DNA of 55,661 nucleotides, the filler included, from Sphacelaria rigidula (taxonomy: Eukaryota): assembly GCA_964200075.2 (NCBI GenBank). It is 6 parts of 6 records of this genome, joined end to end, with 100 filler letters (N's around TTAATTAATTAA, not from the genome) between each part and the next. Parts side by side here need not be neighbours in the genome. Positions count along the whole stretch, not along the records: positions 46,469 to 55,661 come from CAXNAA020009082.1; 5 more parts are not named here. One strand, given 5' to 3'. Positions 48,290 through 55,661 of the stretch are shown one piece after another; position 1 is the stretch's first letter; every line of letters begins with the position of its first letter. Below the pieces are notes generated by a model. That model saw nothing but the letters and a program-made list of their open reading frames with translations, ran no database searches and was not told where the DNA came from. The position numbers and the translations under genes were made by a program.

Positions 48290-51200
48290 CTGGACATCAC
48301 GTACGGAGTGCGGTCGATCGGGATGAGCTACGAACGGATGCTCTTCGGGATGAAAATTTCAGACGCGAGCTGCTTAGCGAAGTCCATCCAGACCACCGAT
48401 ACGCTCTCATCTCTGGTACTTGAGGTAATGTACCTTTTCCATCGGACCTCACGTTGTTTTCCTCGGCATGACGTTTCTTGTCGAGAATCTTCCTCGATAA
48501 ATCAGACACTTCCGAAAAAACGAAACTCGTGTTTGTTTCTTGTCTTTTGGAACAACACATACGTGCAAAAAAATGTTCACGATACCCCGAGCGAAAGACG
48601 CAAGGTGGCTTCCGATTTTTTGTTTCAACTGAAGACTTTCACTCTCACGAAAAGTTACGCGGAGGATGGATAGCAAAGGGGTTTGTTACAGAACTGTCCC
48701 CGATTTGTTCGTCTGTGATCACCTCGCTTGAGGTCGAGATCCGTCGTTTTTCGTCAACATTTATCATCTCTGTTACAGCCACCGTGTAGCTACTATGATG
48801 GCATGGATCGGATTTTGTGTCTTCAGATTGAATGCCTTTGTGAGCCAAGTTTTGCACTCGTTGGACAGCCCATGAACTACCTCGGTGTCACTTCTCACTG
48901 GTGCACTGATCCGGATCATGGGCGATTAGTAGCTCGTTTGGCCCCTTTATCCATATTTTCTCCCCACAGCGCTTGGTGCCAAGTACGGGGAGTAGCGCAA
49001 GGGTGGCGCTTTGACTTCTCAGATCCTGCTGTCACGCATTTTTTGCTCTTGGACAAGAGATCTGAGATTTTTCTTCCATTGGCTGATGACTTGTCCGACG
49101 GTTGAATTTCTTTGCAAAGGTTTTCGGTGACTACTCATATTTCCCAATACGCTTAAACGTTGCACTGCGTTTGGCGGGATGATCACACCAAATTTTTTGC
49201 GTGGTGTATTTGTCGCGATGCTGAAGTGGTGGTGAAGTTCGCCAACAACCGGGAGCCGGAAACAGCGTCTACGAAGCACTGTAGACACGTGTGCAGGAGG
49301 CTTGACCTTTAGATTAAGTCAACCATTCAACCACGTGGCGCTTCTTTTCCCGTGAGAGGCATTCATACGTACCACCGTTGCGTCCTGGGCAGGCGTGTGT
49401 GTAAATTGGGCGAGGTCGATCCTTAGTTTCAGAGAGGACATGCGGGGCGATCGGGGATTTACGACAAAACGACATGCAAATAGAAATTGACATAGTCTAT
49501 CAGTTAGTAACAAAGCGACTTGATCCATCTCGTAGTTAGGCGTCACTGGTTTTTACTTCCGTTGTTCGACCGGAATGTAGCAGGCGGACTTGCGAAAAAA
49601 TGTTTGCGGTGTGTTTGATTCGTTAAAACGGCTGGAGTGCGTTTTCCCTCGTTCTGAACCCCGCTTCCGGCGATATGGTCAAATCGACTACGTGGTGCTG
49701 CATCAGCTGGTCCACCACCAGTTGTGCATATTGACCGACACGTCAAAATCATTCGCCTAGTTGCTGAAGTTCCCCCCCTCACTTAATGCAGTTCCTTAAC
49801 AATACTTGGAGGTTGATGAGCATCATTAGGTTCGGCGAAAAACGCCATCCTTATTCTAGGCACCGTGACGTCACCAATACTGAGTCTTGATGAGAAAAAA
49901 AGGTGGGGAACAAACAGCGCCCGCCTAGTTGCTACTCCCACCCCCTATGTGGTGCCTGTGCGGCGCCGGACCAGGCGTGCACCGTCCCGGCTTTGTAGGG
50001 ATGCGAGGTCAATGGTCTTATGACTATGACATGCATGATCATGAGTACACCCTATCTGGTGCCACCTTTTATCATGGGTTTACTATTGTGTTGCACGCCT
50101 ATTATAATGCGAAAATGTGTACTCGGTAGATGATCACCGGTACAAATGTTTGCGTGTGCAGGGTAACTTGATCGACGACGACCTGATGCGGATGCTTATG
50201 ACCGGGCTGATTCGGAACTCTACCATCACGTACTTGGACGTCAGCCACAACAAGATCACCAACCACGGTGAGAGATTGAAAGAGTCCGGAATAGCCCCTC
50301 GTACCCCACTACACCATGCGGTCGCTCCTGTCCGGGGAGCTCCTGAAGGATGGGTGACGTCACAGATTACACGTACCTTTTGCGACCTACTGTCAAGCGG
50401 AACCCGCGCGGCGAAATACCTTAAGCCGTTTCCGCGGCAAGGACAAGCACGAAACTATCCGGACACCTGCAATCGACCGTGTGTTTGCCAATAATGATGA
50501 GTCGACGACAGAAGCTCGACCGATGTGTGATAAGACACGCATGATTGCCGGAAAAGAAGCCCCCTACAAAGGCTATTGGTACAGGGTGTCAACCCGTCGT
50601 TGAGGACATATAGAGGAAGCGTGGACGTGGGTATATTCTCGTTATCTCCTACCCCTTGGAACGGTTGACTCGTGTGATCCGCGTGTCGGAACACCTCCTA
50701 ATCCCGACGGGGTCATTTCATGGCCGTCTCCGGTGCGCTCTGTGTCCACTGCAGGGGCCCGACTGCTCTCGAAGCTACTGGGGGAAAGCAGCGTTTTGAC
50801 CAGCCTTAGCGTTGCGGACAACCAGGTGCGTAGTGTACGAACTCACCCCCCCTCCCAGGATAAAATTCTCGAGTAGTACGCTTTCTATCATCTTTGGCAC
50901 CATGCTCTACTTCGTTGCCTAGGGGTACGTAGCATATCGCCCCCCCTCCCCCCTGACAACCACCTCAGGGTGACACGTTTTAGGATTCCAAAGTTTATCA
51001 CCCGGGGTTGGTATGTGCTATATTCTACAGCAGGTGACATATGTTCATCCTGCGGAGGTGGGCGGGGGAGTACTCATGATCTTGCATGCCACAGTCAAAC
51101 AATCGTTGACCTCGCATCCCTTGAGAACGGGGACGAAGCACGCCGGGTTATCGCCGGACCAGGTAACCAAGCGCGAAGCGCCGTGATGTGTTCGGCGAGT

Positions 51201-54200
51201 CGCATGAAGGATGAGCTACATCCTACTCAGATTGTTCGGCCCGAAGCCCACTGATCATCTTGCATTTGAATGGCAACCTCCAATGAGTTCTTCATTTTCT
51301 AGTATCGACACTCCCAGAGACAGCCACGGCTTACAGACTGCCTCGTTGGTGTCTCACCATGCAAACACTACGTGAGTACGATCATCCCCTTTCCGCGGAA
51401 TCGAGGTTCTCCGACCCCGCACAATATGATCTAGCTCGACCACCATCGTGGTTACCGCAGAGGAAACGCAAGCAGGCAAAACCCCCCGGTAATTTGGTTT
51501 CCTAGCTTACGCAGTGAATGACGTGTTTTTATAGCGAGTGTCCTTTGCCGACCCATATAGGGGGTCCGTTCCTACAACGCCGAGATGGAGCACGCCGGAC
51601 TTTCGCCGGACCAGGCTAAGCCATCTTCAGGGAGGGGTGTTTATTGAAAACGATGTCATACCCTATTTCGTACGATCTACTCCCGGGTTCCGCAGAAGCA
51701 GTCCCGAATTATCCTACGGGCAAAAATAATGTAGTTGGCGAGGCACACACAGACGCCGGATCAGACACCACTGTGAAATTGCCGGATAGACAGATAGACA
51801 GACGGCAACGTGGGGATCAGTTGACATTTTATGATTTGTGACTCACGGTAAATGGACTCTGTCACTTGTATTTTTTTTTATTGCTTTCTATTTTGTTGCT
51901 ATGACTGACGGGTCGTGATACGTTTTGGTCGGACTCGGTTTCAGCATAGGCTCAGCCTTCGTTTCCAGTGAATTTGCAGATCACGCCAACAACTCGCAAA
52001 CTCAAAACTCAGGCCCTAAAATGAACAGGAACACGACTATATTCAGAGACAAGTTGCAGAGGACTACGCATATAGCTGCACAACGTTGCAGTGGCGTAAC
52101 CCTGCGTTGCATACCGGCCTCTGCTGTCAGTATTTATCCACAAATGCGGTCATATTTCTTGAAAGTTAAGTACAGAAGATGTATGCGAAACATTGAATTT
52201 CTGACTCGTGACTATTCCTATGATGGGGGGTTGTGCTCATGATCTGGCATACCACAGTCCCGTAGTCATGACTATTGACGTCGCATCTTTACAAGGTCGG
52301 GACGAAGCACGCCGGGTTGTCGCCGGGCCAGGGAGGGGAGGAGAGGAGGTACTTTGAGGACAACTGTTGCGTGGAGGAGCCACTTTGAAACGTCGCTGCA
52401 AGCAAAAAATATCCATAAAGATGCTTTTTGTCATCAATATCAATTTCCTGTTCACATCACCTTGTAACCACTTCCCCCTACATGGCAGTCCATTACTAGT
52501 GTGAGAGATCATACAACACACTCGCGATCCCATTTTTTTGTGCAACAACCCCCCCTCCCCCCCCTACAGACACACACCATCCTGCCTTATCGTACGACTA
52601 GTCTCATGCAGGATTATGAGATAGACCGGAAGAATCGACATGCTGAACATTCAAATCTGCTCGGTTTTCCAGAGCCGGCTTCTGCTAGTACCTTTATGGT
52701 TGTGCTCTCGGCCGCTTGTGTGTTACACCGTGTGTTGCTTTTCATCATGTGAGGATGTTGGCCGTGTAGGTACACATATCGTGTAAAATATGTATCGGAG
52801 CTGACGCGTTGTTATCTGTGTGCAGATTCACGCAGAAGGAGGGAGGTATCTTGGGCGGGCCTTACGGCACAACATTTCTTTGACCAGCCTCAACTTGCGG
52901 CTAAATCGGATGACAGACGAGGGTGCCAGGATGCTCATGGAAGGCCTTCACGACAATACTACATTATCGTGCTTAAATCTGAGGTATGCTGTTTTAACGA
53001 AAACAAACCACGGCGGCCTGCCTCCCTACAAGGCGTGTGCTTTGTAGGTGCTACCATCTGCTCGATAAAGTGCCCGTAGGCGATCCCGTGTGACTCGATT
53101 ACCATCATCTCCGGGTTTCCGCTAGACGCATCCTTGAACAGCTTCGCACTGACAGCAAAATCGCTGATCTCTCTGCAAATACAACAACTTGATAATGGCC
53201 GATTTGATTGCTATCACCGGTGCCTACAACAAATTTGTGCAACCTACATCACTCTCATCGAGCATCCTCCGCCACGCGCCTCGCCCACTCTGCCCCGCCC
53301 TCGGCCTGTTCCCGTGCGCACTACCGATTTCTCCGTCCCCTCGCTTGACGTTTTCGTCCTGGCCCATGCCTGGCTGGCGAGAGCAGTGCCAACTCCGTAT
53401 CTCGACAGACATGTTTGGCTCTGAGCATAGTTCTGAGAAAGCTCGAAACGCGCATCTCCACCGTCGACCTCAGCTGCAACGAACTGCAGGTTCAAACCAT
53501 TTCGCTTCGGGGGGGGAGGGGGGGAGGGATTGCGTCTTTTGAAAGTGCGAACGAAATACGGAACGCTCGCCTTTCCAGGACCTCGAATCAGAGCTGAGGT
53601 GGACGTACTTGTCGCCCCCCCCCCCCCCCCCCCCCCCCCCCCCGCCCCCCCCCCCCCCACACCACACCTCAGCCCCTACCNNNNNNNNNNACTTGCTACC
53701 CCCCCCCTTCCCCGCCCTCCATCTGAATTTTTGGGGGACGCTTCTTCCCCCCCCCCCCCCCCCCCTTCGTGCATGGTACCTCCCGAAACAACGCTAACTT
53801 TCCTGCGAGAGTACTGTGAGAGTACTCAACCGCACTTCTTTCTCCACGTACGGTGCCCTTGTTCGCAGACAGCGAGTCAGTGACATACGCGTTTTGTACC
53901 GCCATTAGCCTCATATACTCATAATTTGGCCCTCTGAAGTCGTGTTTCTTTTCGGAAGGGGTTATCATTTTTTTTTTTTGCCAAGTAACTTTGGTCAAAT
54001 CCAATGAATACATGCAGCCATTTTCATAGACACTCTACTCACAGTTTTCAGGTATTACTAGGCTGCGAGGGTAGTCCCTGGTTGCCGTCAATTGCACTTC
54101 AGAGACGTCCGTATCACGGCGTGGTTCTTATGGCGTTCCCGTCTTAGAAGCTCACGTATCATGCTTGTCGCCCAGAAAATCGACGACAAAACCACGGGGT

Positions 54201-54388
54201 ACACCAGAACGCGAAGAAGCTTGTCCGTGACGTTCTCCCAACCGCTGATGTCGTTCTTTCCCGTGTCCCGGAAGGATGAAGATATTCGGCTGCTCTGCGT
54301 CGCCATAGAGAAGAATACGTCGCTCACTTCGATTGATCTTCGGATGAACGATGTCTCCGCAGATTTCGAAGATCTGGAGACAATAGAG
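48290..54388 (+). CDS. DRC5: Dynein regulatory complex subunit 5 (DRC5/TCTE1), six internal exons, partial
   Basis: Phase-consistent exons 48290-48424, 50162-50267, 50755-50825, 52826-52983, 53387-53489, 54275-54388. They translate to LDITYGVRSIGMSYERMLFGMKISDASCLAKSI..GNLIDDDLMRMLMTGL..LDVSHNKITNHGARLLSKLL..ADNQIHAEGGRYLGRALRHNISLTSLNLRLNRMTDEG..VDLSCNEL..IDLRMNDV, colinear with the TCTE1/DRC5 RI-type LRRs as I recall them. Confidence 0.9.
51060..51455 (+). repeat. Same GC-rich repeat family, long copy in a DRC5 intron
   Basis: GATCTTGCATGCC..TTGACCTCGCATCCC..CGCCGGACCAGG..GATGTGTTCGGCG..CGCATGAAGG..ATCTTGCATTTG..CCAGAGAC..CGCACAATATGAT, colinear with 45490-45880. Confidence 0.75.
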
Positions 54389-55044
54389 GTGAGCTCAGCG
54401 ATGCATGGAAATATTTTGTCTCTCCTAAAGCAGCTACTGGTTGTGTTTATGGCTTACCTGCACTTTTTTTCGTTAGTGCAGCACACGCAAACGATTGGCG
54501 AAACCAGTATCCATTCACGTGTACCAAAACACGTCTGTTTTGCCCTTAGATCGAAGCAGCGGGCACGACGATGCTAACCACAAAGATATGAAATATTGAC
54601 TATGTCCCACGCGTTGCCATGGGTGGCCATCACTCGTACCTTGCTTCGCGAGTGAGCTACGGACTGGTCCAAGACAGAACCCAGATCCTTTGTCTGCAGT
54701 CTTTTCTTGCGTCGTTTTGAAGCGTTGAGAGAGGAGATTTCACACACATGTTCCTGATTGCGAGGCCGAGGTGGCTAGCGTTTGTTCCTATTAAGTGGAG
54801 TTTTTTTTTGCCAGTTTCTTGGGGTCTCCGACCGTTTCCCGCCGAGGGAGATGCTAAGTAATCGATGACACCGGGTGTATTTCAATAGACACCAAACACT
54901 GGTGGCCTTGGGTCTGCTTTCAAATACACGAGGGGAAACGTTTCGTCTGCAAACTCTCGAATCAGCGTGAGGGTTGTAGCAAGCGTGAAACTACTGCAAG
55001 AATGTCGTGTTCCACGAGCATTCTCGGCGGCATACGACTGATCG

Positions 55045-55330
55045 ATTTGATTGATTGATTGTCGCACTTTCACTGACCCCTGAGGGGTCCAGCCGTGGTC
55101 TTATGATAGACGTCCCCAAGAAAACGATGGAAGAGAGAAAATAAAGGGATCGAAGAGAACGACTTAGCAGACTGAGCTGTAACAAAAAAAAAGTAATAAA
55201 AAAAGTCAACACAAGCAAAGCACAGAAAGAAATGGCCGACCTAAAACAAGAAAAAAGGAAAAGAAGAGAAAAGTACCGAGCAAATAAAGTACAATGAAAC
55301 AATGGGGGAAAAAAACCCCGAGGAAAACAA
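55045..55330 (-). repeat. Second long copy of the (ATCA)n-tailed repeat
   Basis: Shares the core and ACACAAGCAAAGCACAGAAAGAAATGGCCGACCTAAA with 36740-37045. Confidence 0.75.
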
Positions 55331-55661
55331 AAAACTGAACGTCCGAGTGACCACACACTGATGGCCTCAGGCTTGCCTTCAGGAATAATGATACATGTGT
55401 GGAATGTCGGCTCCCAACGCTTGCAAATGGCACACTAATTGAAGCAAACGCAAATTGTGTTGAAAAAGGGGTGCAAGCAATGGCCGGGGACCGCACGGAA
55501 CCGGTGACACCGAGAGGAAAAAGAAAATTCCACAGGCACCGTAGGTAAGGTGCCGTAACGAGCGCACCCCTGGTATTTACCGGGGTATCCCATACCGTGG
55601 TATACGCAGGTATCGTAGGTATGACATTTGAAAATACCGGATTCGGCGGGTACGGTAGGTA

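Noticed and set aside
37777-54388. One long LRR gene, or a flagellar LRR gene cluster
   Set aside because: Two different LRR classes on two contigs split by the 46369-46468 linker.

Overview
Eukaryotic, intron-rich, roughly 50% GC DNA, most consistent with a brown alga or related stramenopile (inferred from gene style, not proven). The window is not one locus. It is six contigs of near-identical length (9194, 9194, 9194, 9193, 9193, 9193 bp) joined by identical 100-nt N44-TTAATTAATTAA-N44 linkers, so gene order across linkers carries no meaning. Contig 1 (1-9194): no supportable gene, one tRNA-derived SINE. Contig 2: a complete 7-exon gene (~1481 aa) fusing a predicted coiled-coil region, a pseudokinase and a degenerate PARP-like domain, the most interesting item here. 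Contig 3: a 10-exon N-terminal LRR gene (minus strand, probable GC-AG intron, intronic hAT-like palindrome) and a possible divergent first exon. Contig 4: a dense nest of MITEs with piggyBac-, Sola-, Harbinger- and Tc1/mariner-type ends, plus the last two exons of PEX1. Contig 5: internal exons of an LRRC72-like protein with an EF-hand-like extension, and a 466-bp foldback MITE. Contig 6: six exons of the flagellar N-DRC subunit DRC5/TCTE1. All gene models and family assignments were made by eye; no database searches were run.
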